In this document: in pieces, positions 1 to 11,099 of the stretch
Numbering within the stretch: the first letter of the stretch is position 1
Layout: each line of letters opens with the position of its first letter
From: Bacteroidota bacterium
GTDB taxonomy: Bacteria > Bacteroidota > Bacteroidia > UBA7662
DNA length: 56,807 bases
Direction of reading: 5' to 3'
NCBI GenBank assembly: GCA_005799025.1
Contig: SYHX01000073.1
Location: 1 to 56,807, forward strand
Translations under genes and position numbers: made by a program
Notes under the pieces: generated by a model
Databases searched by the model: none
The model's input: only the letters and a program-made list of their open reading frames with translations
Told to the model about the DNA's origin: nothing

Positions 1-69
1 GAAGAATCTATTCATCAAATGCTCGAAATGGCCCAATCCAGGGATTGCATTACGAAATGAACAGGCGTG

Positions 70-93
70 AAAAAAAGCGGCACGAAGGCCGCT
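70..93 (-). terminator. Intrinsic terminator of rpsO
   Basis: Minus strand reads AGCGGC-CTTCGT-GCCGCT followed by a T run, 10 nt after the rpsO stop. Confidence 0.85.
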
Positions 94-103
94 AAATTTT
101 AAA

Positions 104-373
104 TTACCTACGAAGATTTAACTTCTCAACAATAGCCCTGTAGCGAGCGATGTCAATTTGTTTGAGGTAATTCAATAAATCCCTGCGCTTTCCGACCATT
201 TTGACTAGGGAAAGCTGAGTGGAATAGTCTTTTTTGTTTTTCTTGAGGTGTTCTGTCAGGTGAGAAATCCTGAAAGAGAACTGGGCTATTTGGCTTTCTG
301 CCGTGCCGGAGTCCTGAGCATTCTGGCCGTAACGGCTATAAATTTCTGCTCGTTGGGTTTTGTCTAGGTACAT
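104..373 (-). CDS. rpsO: 30S ribosomal protein S15
   Basis: 89 aa; DSGTAESQIA...HLKKNKKD...LVKMVGKRRDLLNYL...LNLR matches the S15 signature. Confidence 0.98.
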   Translation of the reverse strand: MYLDKTQRAEIYSRYGQNAQDSGTAESQIAQFSFRISHLTEHLKKNKKDYSTQLSLVKMVGKRRDLLNYLKQIDIARYRAIVEKLNLRR

Positions 374-478
374 TTTCCGCTTATTTGGGGCCGCTGGTTA
401 GGTTTATTGATATGATTTTCCAGTTTATGTAAATCGCTTTGGTAAACAGCCGCTGGAGAATTTTTTATTTTAGGAATG

Positions 479-510
479 CAAAGATAGTCTTAAGAACCCG
501 TTTAACCAAA
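479..510 (-). promoter_or_regulatory. Bacteroidota housekeeping promoter for rpsO (-33 TTTG / -7 TATCTTTG)
   Basis: Minus-strand TTTG at 507-510, 20-nt spacer, TATCTTTG at 479-486. Confidence 0.75.
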
Positions 511-1356
511 TCAATGGCGCAAAAGATCCATGAGGCGGGCCAAGGTCTCCTTGAGCTTGTGCCGTGGAACGATTAAGTCCAGAAACCCGCTTTCTAACAC
601 CGATTCGGCGGATTGAAATCCCTCAGGTAGGTCTTTTTTGATGGTTTCTTTGATAACCCTTGGTCCTGCAAAGCCAATCAAGGCCCCGGGTTCCGCAAGA
701 TTGAAATCCCCAAGCATCGCAAAAGACGCAGTGACCCCACCCGTAGTTGGATCAGTCATCAAGGAGAAATAGGGAATGCCTTCTTGGTCCGCGAGCGCCA
801 ATTTGGCAGAAGTTTTGGCCATTTGCATAAGGGAGTAGGCTGCTTCCATCATTCTTGCCCCTCCTGAACGCGAAATGACCAAAACAGGGCACTTCAATGC
901 TCTGGCTTTGTCAATTGCTCTGGCAATCTTCTCCCCCATCACCGTGCCCATTGAACCACCTATAAACTCGAAATCCATGCAGGCGACTACCAAGTCATGG
1001 CCCTCTAGCTTTCCATGGGCTGAGCGAAGTGCATCCTTGAGTCCTGTCTTGTCCTGTGCATCTTGTAGACGTTTGGCATAATCCTTGGTATCCACGAAGT
1101 TAAGTGGATTCAGCGAAATCAAATTTTCATCCAATTCCTGGTATTTCCCTTTATCGAATAAGAGCCCAAAATAACCCTCTGAACCCAAGCGATGATGGTA
1201 ATCGCATTTGGGACATACCGAGAAATTCTCATGAAGGTCTTTGGTCAAAACCGAAGCTTTGCATGACGGGCATTTGAACCAAATCCCATCAGGCACTTCA
1301 AGTTTCTCCTTCGTGGAGGTTGTTACACCCGCAGTTGATCGTTTGAACCACGCCAT
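511..1356 (-). CDS. accD: Acetyl-CoA carboxylase carboxyltransferase beta subunit
   Basis: WFKCPSC...CPKC zinc finger, FIGGSMG, SGGARM, PTTGGVTASFA, GFAGPRVI. Confidence 0.97.
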   Translation of the reverse strand: MAWFKRSTAGVTTSTKEKLEVPDGIWFKCPSCKASVLTKDLHENFSVCPKCDYHHRLGSEGYFGLLFDKGKYQELDENLISLNPLNFVDTKDYAKRLQDAQDKTGLKDALRSAHGKLEGHDLVVACMDFEFIGGSMGTVMGEKIARAIDKARALKCPVLVISRSGGARMMEAAYSLMQMAKTSAKLALADQEGIPYFSLMTDPTTGGVTASFAMLGDFNLAEPGALIGFAGPRVIKETIKKDLPEGFQSAESVLESGFLDLIVPRHKLKETLARLMDLLRH

Positions 1357-1379
1357 ATTGCCTTTTCGATGAATTTGAA

Positions 1380-2432
1380 CTAAGCGATATCCACCGTGCT
1401 ATCGAGGTACACATCCTGCACTTTGTGTAGCAAATCAATGCCTTCATTCATGGGACGTTGGAACGCTTTGCGACCTAAGATCAGACCGGAGCCGCCGGCT
1501 CGCTTGTTGATGACCGCGGTGGCAACCGCTTCGCTCAGGTCATCGGCACCCTTGGACTCACCGCCTGAATTAATCAGTCCTGCACGTCCCATATACCCGT
1601 TAGCAACTTGGTAGCGGCATAAATCAATGGGATGATCTGTGGTCAATTGCTCGTAAACCAATTTGTGGGTTTTGCCATGTTTGGTGGCTAGATAACCGCC
1701 GTTGTTGGTGGGCAGCTTCTGCTTGATGATATCCGCCTGTATGGTGACGCCCAAATGATTGGCTTGGGAGCTCAAATCGGTCGAGGTATGGTAGTCCACG
1801 CCGTCCACTTTGAACGCTGGATTCCGGAGGTAACACCACAGAATAGTGGCCATTCCAAGGGAATGGGCTTCTTCAAATGCTTCGGCAATCTCAACCAATT
1901 GCCTGCGCGATCCTTCTGAACCAAAGTAAACGGTGGCACCTACGGCAACGGCTCCCATTTCCCAGGCCTCCCTCACGGAACCAAACATGATTTGCTCGTG
2001 TTCGTTCGGATAGGATAGAAATTCGTTGTGGTTGATTTTTACGATGAATGGAATCTTGTGGGCATAAAGTCTTGCAACGGAGCCCAATACCCCGAAGGTG
2101 GAAGCAACGGCATTGCAACCGGATTCAATCGCCAAGCGGACAATATTCTCAGAATCGAAATAAATGGGATTTGGGGCAAACGATGCGCCGGCAGAATGCT
2201 CAATTCCTTGGTCCACGGGGAGAATTGAAAGGTACCCACTGCCAGCCAACCGACCGGAGCCGTATAGGGTTTGTATGCTCCTAAGAACAGGGATCGAGCG
2301 GTTCGAGGCTGTCCAAATTCGATCGACAAAATCAGGTCCGGGCAAATGCAAATCGGATGCCGCGATGGTTTTGCAACGATGACCTAGGAGAAATTCTGCT
2401 TGATTTCCAAGAATTTGTGATGTTTGTGACAT
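1380..2432 (-). CDS. fbaB: Class I fructose-bisphosphate aldolase (DhnA/FbaB type)
   Basis: [24 protein letters not shown] Schiff-base Lys, [15 protein letters not shown]. Confidence 0.95.
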   Translation of the reverse strand: MSQTSQILGNQAEFLLGHRCKTIAASDLHLPGPDFVDRIWTASNRSIPVLRSIQTLYGSGRLAGSGYLSILPVDQGIEHSAGASFAPNPIYFDSENIVRLAIESGCNAVASTFGVLGSVARLYAHKIPFIVKINHNEFLSYPNEHEQIMFGSVREAWEMGAVAVGATVYFGSEGSRRQLVEIAEAFEEAHSLGMATILWCYLRNPAFKVDGVDYHTSTDLSSQANHLGVTIQADIIKQKLPTNNGGYLATKHGKTHKLVYEQLTTDHPIDLCRYQVANGYMGRAGLINSGGESKGADDLSEAVATAVINKRAGGSGLILGRKAFQRPMNEGIDLLHKVQDVYLDSTVDIA

Positions 2433-2520
2433 GTTGATTATTGGATATAGACTTCTTTAGAGCACGAAGATAAGCCCTGAGTCTTGGGCACCTGTTACTA
2501 ATTTTGGAGAAAAACCTCCT

Positions 2521-2997
2521 ATGATTATTTGCCAAAGCGTTACTGAACAGTCTGTCCTTCAAAAAATCTACTTTCTAAGGTCTCAAGTTTTTGTGGAAGA
2601 GCAAGGAGTCAGCGCGGAGGAGGAATTTGATGAATTTGAAGAAACTAGCATTCATTGGGCGGCCAACCTTGGCGATGAAGTTATCGCATGTGCACGCTAC
2701 AGGCGAACTGAGAAGGGCTTTAAAATTGAAAGAATGGCTGTTCGCGAAGATTTTCGGAAGCAAGGAATTGGCCGTTATCTCTTATCCAGCATTCTCGAAA
2801 CCCTACGGCTCAAAATTGCCTTAAGTCAGCAAGCAGAAGTCCAAGAGCCAAAACCGGAAATCTACCTTCATGCACAGGTACAGGCTCTACCGTTCTATTT
2901 GGCACAGGGTTTTGTTCAAGTTGGCGAAATTTTTTATGAGGCCTGTATCCCCCACTATCGCTGCATATTTCAAGACTTTGAGGGTAGGGTTCCTTAA
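2521..2997 (+). CDS. GNAT N-acetyltransferase (ElaA/YjcF-like)
   Basis: LRSQVFVEEQ, ERMAVREDFRKQGIG acetyl-CoA motif, LHAQVQALPFY...GF, EACIPH. Confidence 0.9.
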   Translation: MIICQSVTEQSVLQKIYFLRSQVFVEEQGVSAEEEFDEFEETSIHWAANLGDEVIACARYRRTEKGFKIERMAVREDFRKQGIGRYLLSSILETLRLKIALSQQAEVQEPKPEIYLHAQVQALPFYLAQGFVQVGEIFYEACIPHYRCIFQDFEGRVP

Positions 2998-3108
2998 GCC
3001 ACCCCCTTTTCCAATTTAGCTCGATTAGGCCTTCTTCCAAATTTCATGAATATTCATATTTAAGCGTAATAAAACGTCTCTTGATTTAAAGAATGCCGTG
3101 TTTGCATC

Positions 3109-5445
3109 ATGGAATTGAATCCATGGGGCGAATCAACGTTTAGGGCCATTCGCTTGGGATTATCGGCTTTCTTGGGCATAGGCCTCGGTGCATGTTGTCC
3201 CTGGACAACCTTCGGATGGTATCACCTCCATGGCCTGTCGTTGAGTGGTGCCATTGTGCTGGCCTTGCTTTTGCATATTAGCACCAATAGAGCTGCCTAT
3301 TGTGCACGTAATATTCCAGGCATTTTGTGCTGGGTCAGTTTGATATCAGGCCTAGCCTCGCACCAAATACCTTCGTCTCTGAAAGAAACAAGGTTACTTG
3401 GATTACCTATTCCTTCGGCACATTCTAAAACCGCCAAATCAAGCTATCTGGGCGCTGACCTGATGCTGATGCAAGTCTACCGTCAGGAGGGACCGACGCG
3501 GTTCAGGGCAGTCCTATGCAAACGATTAGTTTATTCAACTTACGATAGTGATTGGATTGCCTACCCTTACCAAAAAGATGTTCTCTTGAATCTCCCTTTT
3601 CATCATCAGTCCAGAGACCATTTAGAAAAATCGTTTCCCAAAGTTGGCGATTTCCTTCTCTTCGAAACCACCTATTTACGAGCCATTCCTGGTCCATTAA
3701 ATCCAGGGCAGACAGACTTAAGGGACTATTATCAAAGTCAAGGCCTAAAATTCGAAATCAATTTGAGGCAAGAAGGAACTTACCGAATTATCGACAAGGA
3801 TAAGTTACTGAAAACAAATACGCTATGCAGCGATCTATCGTACAAAGTGAAATTTGGAAGGTGGCAGAGCTATTGGACGCATCGAATGGATTTAAGCATC
3901 TCCGACTCGGTGGGATGCGCATTGTCCAAAGCGCTATTGTTGGGATGGCGGGCGGATCTTAGCAACGAACTTCAAGAGGGCTTTCGTAATTCCGGAACCG
4001 TGCACCTGTTGGCTGTTTCGGGGATGCATGTGCTTCTAATCCACCAAATGCTGCTATGGATGATGCGGGGTCTCTACCTCATTTGGGTAGCCGTCCATCG
4101 AAGGTCAGGGCAAGTTCGTAAACCACCAAATTACCTGATATTCTTGGTCTTATCATCGCTAGTAATGGGTTATGCACTCCTAACCGGTGGAGCACCATCA
4201 GCCATGAGGGCTGCCATGGTGTTAATCTGGATGAATTGGAATTCAATCCTTTCTGGAAATAGGCATGCATCAGGCGCCCTAATTTTGATAGGCATTGTTC
4301 TCGTATGGTTAGAACCAAATTCATGGAAAGACCCTGGTTTTCAATTGAGTTTCGGTGCCGTTGGAGGTTTGCTGTGGATCTACGCTCCCATGTGGAAATG
4401 GACACGCTTGGAGCAACGGTCTCTATGGATTCGGTATCCAGTTTCTTTGGTCGGCATGAGCCTTGTCGCTCAAGTGGTAACCGCACCCCTATGTTGGTTT
4501 CATTTTGGACAATTCCCTAATTATTTCCTATTAGCTAATCTGGTACTGGTGCCTTTGGCCTCACCCTTATTGATTTTGGCAATCGGATGGACTGTGGTAG
4601 GTAGTCATTCCATCGTTGGCTCGATTTTGGCATGGGTTGGGAAATTCCTTTTTGGGATTACCGCTCAATGCACCGCCATTATTGGGAGCTGGCCAAGTGC
4701 AGTGACCTACCACTGGGACTTCAAAGGCAGTGACTTACTCATCACATTTAGCATTTTGGGGCTGCTCATTCTGGGTATGTCCACCGGGATGGCCAAAAGA
4801 AATTCATCCGAACGTATCATGGTGTTTCGCCAATTGACGCTATTTCTTTCGATCAGTTGGATTTTCTTGCTAGTTAATCGAAATGTCCGGTGGTTTCAAG
4901 AGAGAAAAGATACAGTATGCATTGTATTTGGACTTTCGGCAGGTAATTGCCTTGCGGTGTTGGATGGAAGGGGCCTGCTATGGTCGGGTGATATGGCGGG
5001 TCTTACCGATCGAAGGCCTTTGCAATGGAAACGGAAGCATACCAAACTACCTGATCACCCCATGGCTTCCAACGACTCGGGCTCCACCTGCCGACTTATG
5101 CAATGGGATGAGGAAATAACATTGATTGCTGCAATGAGGGACACAATCAAGCTTGTTCCTCTCAGAGGCGAACCGTTGAGGTTATTGCACCTATTCGGCA
5201 AAAGAACATACCGATTAAGCCGTAAAGTTGATTTCGTCGTCTTGGGGCCTCAAAGTTGGATACAATGGTCAACAAACCAAGCCCCCTCTAATTTGATTCT
5301 CGCTGGGGGACATCATCCATGGAATAGGCGAAAAATGGCCTCCTTGTGCCTACAGCAAGGGATTGGATTCTATGATTTGAGCCCATCCAATCTTTCTGAT
5401 TCCAAGGTATTTTCGCCTTACCCTCCACCAAAAAGGATACTATGA
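3109..5445 (+). CDS. comEC: ComEC/Rec2 family DNA-uptake membrane protein
   Basis: NPGQTD, GTVHLLAVSGMHV, TGGAPSAMRA, DPGFQLSF, HFGQFP..LLANL; multiple hydrophobic helices. Confidence 0.9.
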   Translation: MELNPWGESTFRAIRLGLSAFLGIGLGACCPWTTFGWYHLHGLSLSGAIVLALLLHISTNRAAYCARNIPGILCWVSLISGLASHQIPSSLKETRLLGLPIPSAHSKTAKSSYLGADLMLMQVYRQEGPTRFRAVLCKRLVYSTYDSDWIAYPYQKDVLLNLPFHHQSRDHLEKSFPKVGDFLLFETTYLRAIPGPLNPGQTDLRDYYQSQGLKFEINLRQEGTYRIIDKDKLLKTNTLCSDLSYKVKFGRWQSYWTHRMDLSISDSVGCALSKALLLGWRADLSNELQEGFRNSGTVHLLAVSGMHVLLIHQMLLWMMRGLYLIWVAVHRRSGQVRKPPNYLIFLVLSSLVMGYALLTGGAPSAMRAAMVLIWMNWNSILSGNRHASGALILIGIVLVWLEPNSWKDPGFQLSFGAVGGLLWIYAPMWKWTRLEQRSLWIRYPVSLVGMSLVAQVVTAPLCWFHFGQFPNYFLLANLVLVPLASPLLILAIGWTVVGSHSIVGSILAWVGKFLFGITAQCTAIIGSWPSAVTYHWDFKGSDLLITFSILGLLILGMSTGMAKRNSSERIMVFRQLTLFLSISWIFLLVNRNVRWFQERKDTVCIVFGLSAGNCLAVLDGRGLLWSGDMAGLTDRRPLQWKRKHTKLPDHPMASNDSGSTCRLMQWDEEITLIAAMRDTIKLVPLRGEPLRLLHLFGKRTYRLSRKVDFVVLGPQSWIQWSTNQAPSNLILAGGHHPWNRRKMASLCLQQGIGFYDLSPSNLSDSKVFSPYPPPKRIL

Positions 5446-6203
5446 TAAGCTACCGCCTGGAAAATCGAGTTGCCAGAATAACCCTTAACCGTCCGGACAA
5501 AAAGAATGCCTTGAGCCCTACTATGGTAGATGCGTTGTTATCAGGTGTCACCCAGGCCATGAACGACGATGAGGTTAGGGCCATTGTCTTGGCAGCAGAA
5601 GGTGACGTGTTCAGTGCAGGGGCTGACTTGGAAGCCTTGCAAGCCATGCAACTTTGGGATGAGGAGGAGCAGAAAAAAGATTCCCTTAAGCTGGCCAGCT
5701 TGTACAGTCTTCTCTACAGCGGACCCAAACCCGTCATTGGACTCGTTCAGGGTCATGCCTTGGCGGGTGGTTGTGGGCTGGTTTCGGTATGTGATTGGGT
5801 ATTTGCGGTTCCTTCAGCTCAATTTGCTTATACCGAAGTGGCCATCGGCTTTGTTCCCGCCATGGTCTCTGTTTTCTTGTGCCACAAATTGGGCGAAGGC
5901 TTTGCTAGGCCTCTTTTGATGAATTCAGCACGTATCAGCGCCGTGGAAGCCCTGAACTGTGGACTTGTATATAAAATTGTCCCTCCTGAGGAACTGGAGG
6001 TTGCCGTTCTTGAATTTGTGCAGCATTTGATCGCCCGAAATAGTGGAAACTCTATAGCCTTGACCAAGAACCTTTTGGCCAGAAATGCAGGCTTGGATCA
6101 GGCCATGGCTTCTGCGATTGAAACCAATGTGGAGGCCCGCCAAAGCGAAGCCTGCAAGCGTGGTATTACTGCCTTTTTGAATAAAGAAAAGGTCCTTTGG
6201 TAG
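5442..6203 (+). CDS. Enoyl-CoA hydratase/isomerase (methylglutaconyl-CoA hydratase-like)
   Basis: ITLNRPDKKNAL, FSAGADL, GHALAGGCGLVSVCD, TEVAIGFVPA; ATGA overlap with comEC. Confidence 0.9.
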   Translation: MISYRLENRVARITLNRPDKKNALSPTMVDALLSGVTQAMNDDEVRAIVLAAEGDVFSAGADLEALQAMQLWDEEEQKKDSLKLASLYSLLYSGPKPVIGLVQGHALAGGCGLVSVCDWVFAVPSAQFAYTEVAIGFVPAMVSVFLCHKLGEGFARPLLMNSARISAVEALNCGLVYKIVPPEELEVAVLEFVQHLIARNSGNSIALTKNLLARNAGLDQAMASAIETNVEARQSEACKRGITAFLNKEKVLW

Positions 6204-6301
6204 GAAAGGAATTGCCTATAGACCCGTTCTTCAAAAGGCAAATTAAGTCCCTTCGCCCCCTCCAAAACGCCCCCAAATGGCCTACTGAAAGTCTTTGAGG
6301 C

Positions 6302-6309
6302 TATCTTTG
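6302..6309 (+). promoter_or_regulatory. -7 promoter box for the suf operon
   Basis: TATCTTTG ~77 nt upstream of the sufB ATG at 6386. Confidence 0.65.
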
Positions 6310-6385
6310 CACCCGCTTGACTATCCCTATATGGGACTCCTCATCGCCATACCAAACGAAATACCACCAATATTGTTCCTCCAAT

Positions 6386-7873
6386 ATGCGTGTTGACCAC
6401 ACTGATCCTGTTCCCGTTGTGAATGACAAACCCGAAGAAGATGTCCTTTTGAACAAATGGGCAGAGCAAGATTACGAGTTCGGTTTCATCAGCAATATTG
6501 AGCAAGACATTGTTCCCAAGGGGCTCAGCGAAGAGGTCATCCGTTGGATTAGCGCCCACAAGGAGGAACCGTCTTGGCTCCTGGACTGGCGCCTCAAAGC
6601 CTACCGCCACTGGTTGACCATGCCAAGCCCCCAATGGGCCCACCTGGAGATTCCTGCGATTGATTTTCAGAACATCTCCTATTATGCGGCTCCCAAAGCC
6701 AATGCAAAGCTTAACTCCTTGGACGAACTCGACCCTGAAATCAAATCCACTTATGACAAGCTTGGGATACCCCTAGAGGAACAACTCATTTTGGCTGGGG
6801 TAGCTGTAGATGCAGTTTTGGATTCTGTTTCTGTTGTAACAACATACAAAGAAAAACTTGCCGAAAAGGGTATTATCTTCTGCTCCTTCTCAGAAGCGGT
6901 TCGCGAGCACCCGGAATTGGTCAGAAAACACCTTGGCAAGGTCGTGCCCTACACCGATAATTATTACGCCGCCCTCAATTCAGCAGTTTTCTCGGACGGA
7001 TCTTTTGTGTACATCCCCAAGGGTGTTCGTTGCCCCATGGAACTCAGTACGTATTTCAGAATCAATGCGGCTGGAACCGGACAATTCGAACGCACCCTTA
7101 TTGTGGCCGATGATGAAGCCTATGTTTCGTATTTGGAGGGATGCACAGCGCCCAAGCGCGACGAGAATCAATTGCATGCCGCAGTTGTCGAATTAGTCGC
7201 CTTGAACCGTTCAGAAATTCGATATGCCACCGTTCAAAATTGGTATCCTGGTGATGCCAACGGAATTGGAGGTATCTACAATTTTGTTACCAAAAGAGGG
7301 ATATGTCAAGGGGTTTCCTCCAAAATTTCATGGACCCAAGTTGAGACAGGGTCCGCAATTACCTGGAAATATCCGTCGGTGGTTCTCCTAGGGGATCGCA
7401 GCACTGGTGAATTTTATTCGGTAGCCTTAGCTGCCAGAGCACAGCAAGCCGATACCGGCACCAAAATGATTCATATCTGCAAAGACACCACCAGACGTAT
7501 TGTGAGCAAAGGCATCAGCGCAGGTCGGGGCCAAAACGCCTACCGAGGCTTAGTCAAAGTCCGGGAATCTGCAACCAATGCCCGCAATTACTCCCAATGC
7601 GATTCTCTGCTGATGGGTGACCGCTGTGGCGCTCATACCTACCCTTATTTTGAAATCAATTGTCCTGACGCCCAAGTGGAGCATGAAGCAACGACCTCCA
7701 AGATTGAAGAGGACTTGCTTTATTATTGCCAACAAAGAGGACTGCCCACAGAAGAAGCCATTGCGCTGATTGTGAACGGATACGCCAAGGAGGTTCTGGA
7801 CAAGTTGCCCATGGAATTTGCTGTAGAAGCACGGAAGCTCCTCGCTATTTCTTTGGAAGGCAGTGTGGGTTGA
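6386..7873 (+). CDS. sufB: Fe-S cluster assembly protein SufB
   Basis: [68 protein letters not shown] at 6386 preferred over TTG at 6317 because of the promoter position. Confidence 0.97.
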   Translation: MRVDHTDPVPVVNDKPEEDVLLNKWAEQDYEFGFISNIEQDIVPKGLSEEVIRWISAHKEEPSWLLDWRLKAYRHWLTMPSPQWAHLEIPAIDFQNISYYAAPKANAKLNSLDELDPEIKSTYDKLGIPLEEQLILAGVAVDAVLDSVSVVTTYKEKLAEKGIIFCSFSEAVREHPELVRKHLGKVVPYTDNYYAALNSAVFSDGSFVYIPKGVRCPMELSTYFRINAAGTGQFERTLIVADDEAYVSYLEGCTAPKRDENQLHAAVVELVALNRSEIRYATVQNWYPGDANGIGGIYNFVTKRGICQGVSSKISWTQVETGSAITWKYPSVVLLGDRSTGEFYSVALAARAQQADTGTKMIHICKDTTRRIVSKGISAGRGQNAYRGLVKVRESATNARNYSQCDSLLMGDRCGAHTYPYFEINCPDAQVEHEATTSKIEEDLLYYCQQRGLPTEEAIALIVNGYAKEVLDKLPMEFAVEARKLLAISLEGSVG

Positions 7874-7919
7874 ACTTCCTTCCAATCGGCCATCATGAAC
7901 AATTTATTTTGAGAATTTT

Positions 7920-8666
7920 ATGTTAGAAATCATAGATTTGCATGCGTCCGTGGATGATAAACCCATCCTCAAAGGTTTGAACCTCCAAATTCGACCCGGA
8001 GAGGTGCATGCAATCATGGGGCCCAACGGATCGGGGAAATCAACCCTTTCACACGTTTTGGCGGGCAGACCTGGATACGATGTCCGTGGATCCGTTCGGT
8101 TCAATGGGCAAGACCTTCTTGATTTAGCGCCTGAAGAACGGGCATGGGCCGGGCTCTTTCTTGCGTTTCAATATCCGGTAGAAATCCCTGGCGTGAGCAA
8201 TACCAATTTTATGCGTTCCGCCCTGAACCAAGTGCGAAACCAACGGGGTCTGTCGGCCCTCGAAGCGGGTGATTTCCTGAAAATCATGCGTGAAAAGGCA
8301 GCCCTTGTTCAATTGGATCCTTCCTTCTTGTCCAGGCCTGTGAACCTGGGCTTTTCAGGGGGCGAAAAGAAAAGAAATGAAATTTTTCAAATGGCCATGC
8401 TGGACCCCCGTTTAGCCATATTGGATGAAACCGATTCGGGACTTGATATTGACGCTTTGCGTATTGTTGCGGAAGGTGTTCAAAAGCTTCGCAGAGAGGA
8501 CAACAGCTTTTTGGTCATCACGCATTACCAGCGCTTGTTGGACCATCTTAAGCCAGACATTGTCCATGTTTTGATGGATGGGAAAATTATACGCACAGGT
8601 GATCATACCCTCGCTCTTGAGTTGGAGGAAAAAGGCTATGATTGGCTCAAAGCGAAATTTGTATGA
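7920..8666 (+). CDS. sufC: Fe-S cluster assembly ATPase SufC
   Basis: [42 protein letters not shown]. Confidence 0.97.
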   Translation: MLEIIDLHASVDDKPILKGLNLQIRPGEVHAIMGPNGSGKSTLSHVLAGRPGYDVRGSVRFNGQDLLDLAPEERAWAGLFLAFQYPVEIPGVSNTNFMRSALNQVRNQRGLSALEAGDFLKIMREKAALVQLDPSFLSRPVNLGFSGGEKKRNEIFQMAMLDPRLAILDETDSGLDIDALRIVAEGVQKLRREDNSFLVITHYQRLLDHLKPDIVHVLMDGKIIRTGDHTLALELEEKGYDWLKAKFV

Positions 8667-9850
8667 CTTTGAACTCTATTACCGGCTCGGCACAAACAAC
8701 AGAATGGCCAAACAGTCGAATTGAGGCATGGAAATACACAGACCTCAATCAACTGGTGTCCAACATGCCCCTTAGCAATGGTAGCCCTTCCATTCCGTTG
8801 TGGCAGGTTGAGCCTCACGATCTGCAGAGCCTGTTCACCGAATTGGAAAGCCCCGAAGCGATCCTCCGAGAATTAGATGGGTTTAGCCGCCTAGTTCATG
8901 CCGCCGGCCGCGGAGGTTGGCTTGCCCATATTCCCGCCGGAACCTCTTCCAATTTCCCTGTTCGATTGACGTATACCCCTTCTTCGAATGCGGGCTGGTC
9001 TGGCTATACCCATCAGATTCAAGTGGCCGAAGGTGCTCGAATAACACTCATTGAAGAATTCGAGGAAGACGAATCGCCAGAGAATCTCTCGGTGAAGAAC
9101 GAACCTCTCGAAGCCTATTCCACCCCTGTTCTTTCTATGACCTTGCATCATCTGCAGGTGAATCTAGCACGAGGTGCAGAACTGAAATTGATACGACTCT
9201 TTCATTGCCCAATGAGCAAAGCCCTTGTACACCAAATCGACGCCCAACAAGAAGAAGGAAGCAACCTCGAGGTACAAACAGTCGTCATGGGGTCTGGAAT
9301 TATTCGCAACAATATTCACATTCAGCAACTCGGAGATCGCTGTTCCAGCAATCTGCTGGGATTAAGTGTAGCCATTGGCGGAGGACATCTCGACCAATAC
9401 AGCAGAATTCGGCATAATGCCCTGGAAGGAAACAGCCACCAGCACTACAAAGCTATTGCTGCTCCCAATTCGACGACCATCTTTAACGGAGTTTTGAGGG
9501 TTGAACCCAATGCCCAACAAACCAATGCCTATCAACGCAGCAGTAATTTGATGTTGGATCCAGCATCCCTAAGCCGAGTCAATGGATCATCCCCGTCCAT
9601 ACGATCCGGTAAGGTCAACGCTAAGCCTGAATTGCAAATCTTTGCTGATAATGTCAAGTGCTCACACGGCGCGACCATGGGCAAGCTCAACACCGATTCC
9701 ATCTTTTATCTCCAAAGCCGTGGGCTTACTTTCGAAGAAGCGCAAAAGATACTTACCTTGGCCTTCGCCATGGAAATTGTTGATCAGTTGGAAGATGAAA
9801 GAATGCGTGCAAAGGTGATCTCCATTTTGGATCTAAAGCAATGGCAATGA
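8663..9850 (+). CDS. sufD: Fe-S cluster assembly protein SufD
   Basis: [45 protein letters not shown]; ATGA overlap with sufC. Confidence 0.93.
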   Translation: MTLNSITGSAQTTEWPNSRIEAWKYTDLNQLVSNMPLSNGSPSIPLWQVEPHDLQSLFTELESPEAILRELDGFSRLVHAAGRGGWLAHIPAGTSSNFPVRLTYTPSSNAGWSGYTHQIQVAEGARITLIEEFEEDESPENLSVKNEPLEAYSTPVLSMTLHHLQVNLARGAELKLIRLFHCPMSKALVHQIDAQQEEGSNLEVQTVVMGSGIIRNNIHIQQLGDRCSSNLLGLSVAIGGGHLDQYSRIRHNALEGNSHQHYKAIAAPNSTTIFNGVLRVEPNAQQTNAYQRSSNLMLDPASLSRVNGSSPSIRSGKVNAKPELQIFADNVKCSHGATMGKLNTDSIFYLQSRGLTFEEAQKILTLAFAMEIVDQLEDERMRAKVISILDLKQWQ

Positions 9851-9851
9851 A

Positions 9852-11099
9852 ATGAACGATTTGAAATCATCTTTCTCGCTGTCCACCCCTTTTAGGGAAG
9901 AATTTCCTGAATTGACGGTCAAGGTTCATGGACATGATTTAGTTTATCTCGACAATGCATCCACCACCTTGAAACCTATGGCGGTTTTGGATGCGGAGCG
10001 AATCTTCTACACCAACTCCTACGCCAACGTGCACCGCGGTGTTCACTATTTGAGCCAATTGGCCACAGATGCCTACGAGGGTGCCCGACGTAAGGTGGCA
10101 AATTTCATTGTTGCTCATTCAGAAAACGAAATAATATTTACCAAAGGAACTACCGAGGCTATTAATCTTTTGGCCAACAGTTGGGGTAATTCATATATAC
10201 AATCAGGAGACGAAATCCTCGTCTCTGCGATGGAACATCACGCCAACCTGGTTCCTTGGCAAATGCTTTGCCAACGAAGCGGCGCAACCCTTCAAATTGT
10301 TCCTCTCAACGATGCAGGAGAATTGGATCTTGATGCCTTGGATCGTTTGCTTAGCCCACGAACCAAACTAGTAGCCATGGTCTGGGTCAGCAATATCCTC
10401 GGCACCATCAATCCGATCGAAGAAATTATTTCCAAGGCCCATCGCGTGGGCGCTAAGGTTTTGGTGGACGCTGCTCAGGCCATTGCCCATTGGGGCATCA
10501 ACGTTCAGAGCCTTAAAGCGGATTTCCTGTGTTTTTCGTCTCACAAAATGTTTGGGCCCACGGGAATCGGGGTACTCTATGGGCGTAGCGAACATTTAAG
10601 CCTCATGCCCCCGTGGCAAGGCGGTGGGGATATGATTCGTGAAGTGGAATATACAGAGGCAACCTACGCTGATCCTCCCTTACGTTTCGAAGCGGGAACC
10701 CCCCCAATTGCCCAAGCCGTGAGCCTAGGTGCAGCCATTGATTGCATCAACAAGTGGACATGGGAAGCGATGCAATCCCAAGAGGAGGAACTGTATACCC
10801 ATCTTCAAGAAGTTTTGGATAGCGTACCTGGCCTTCGTCGAATAGGATATGCGAAGAATAGGGTTGCCGTGCAGAGTTTTTTATTAGGAGATGCACACCC
10901 CTACGATGTAGGTATGCTGCTGGACTCCATGGGAATAGCCGTGAGAACAGGTCATCATTGCGGACAACCCCTGATGAAAAAATTGGGCATTCCAGGTACC
11001 GTTCGGGCCTCCCTCTCCATTTACAATACCCACCAAGAAATTGATCATTTGGGTCATAGCCTCCATAAAGTCGCTCGCATGCTCGGAATCACCCCATGA
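9852..11099 (+). CDS. sufS: Cysteine desulfurase SufS
   Basis: YLDNAST, NVHRG, EHHAN, SSHKMFGPTG (PLP Lys), RTGHHC (catalytic Cys). Confidence 0.96.
   Translation: MNDLKSSFSLSTPFREEFPELTVKVHGHDLVYLDNASTTLKPMAVLDAERIFYTNSYANVHRGVHYLSQLATDAYEGARRKVANFIVAHSENEIIFTKGTTEAINLLANSWGNSYIQSGDEILVSAMEHHANLVPWQMLCQRSGATLQIVPLNDAGELDLDALDRLLSPRTKLVAMVWVSNILGTINPIEEIISKAHRVGAKVLVDAAQAIAHWGINVQSLKADFLCFSSHKMFGPTGIGVLYGRSEHLSLMPPWQGGGDMIREVEYTEATYADPPLRFEAGTPPIAQAVSLGAAIDCINKWTWEAMQSQEEELYTHLQEVLDSVPGLRRIGYAKNRVAVQSFLLGDAHPYDVGMLLDSMGIAVRTGHHCGQPLMKKLGIPGTVRASLSIYNTHQEIDHLGHSLHKVARMLGITP

Noticed and set aside
6317-6385. N-terminal extension of SufB from a TTG start (similar extensions at ClpS, E1, DUF3127 and others)
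   Set aside because: The start coincides with the predicted TSS or overlaps neighbouring genes; downstream ATGs fit family lengths better.
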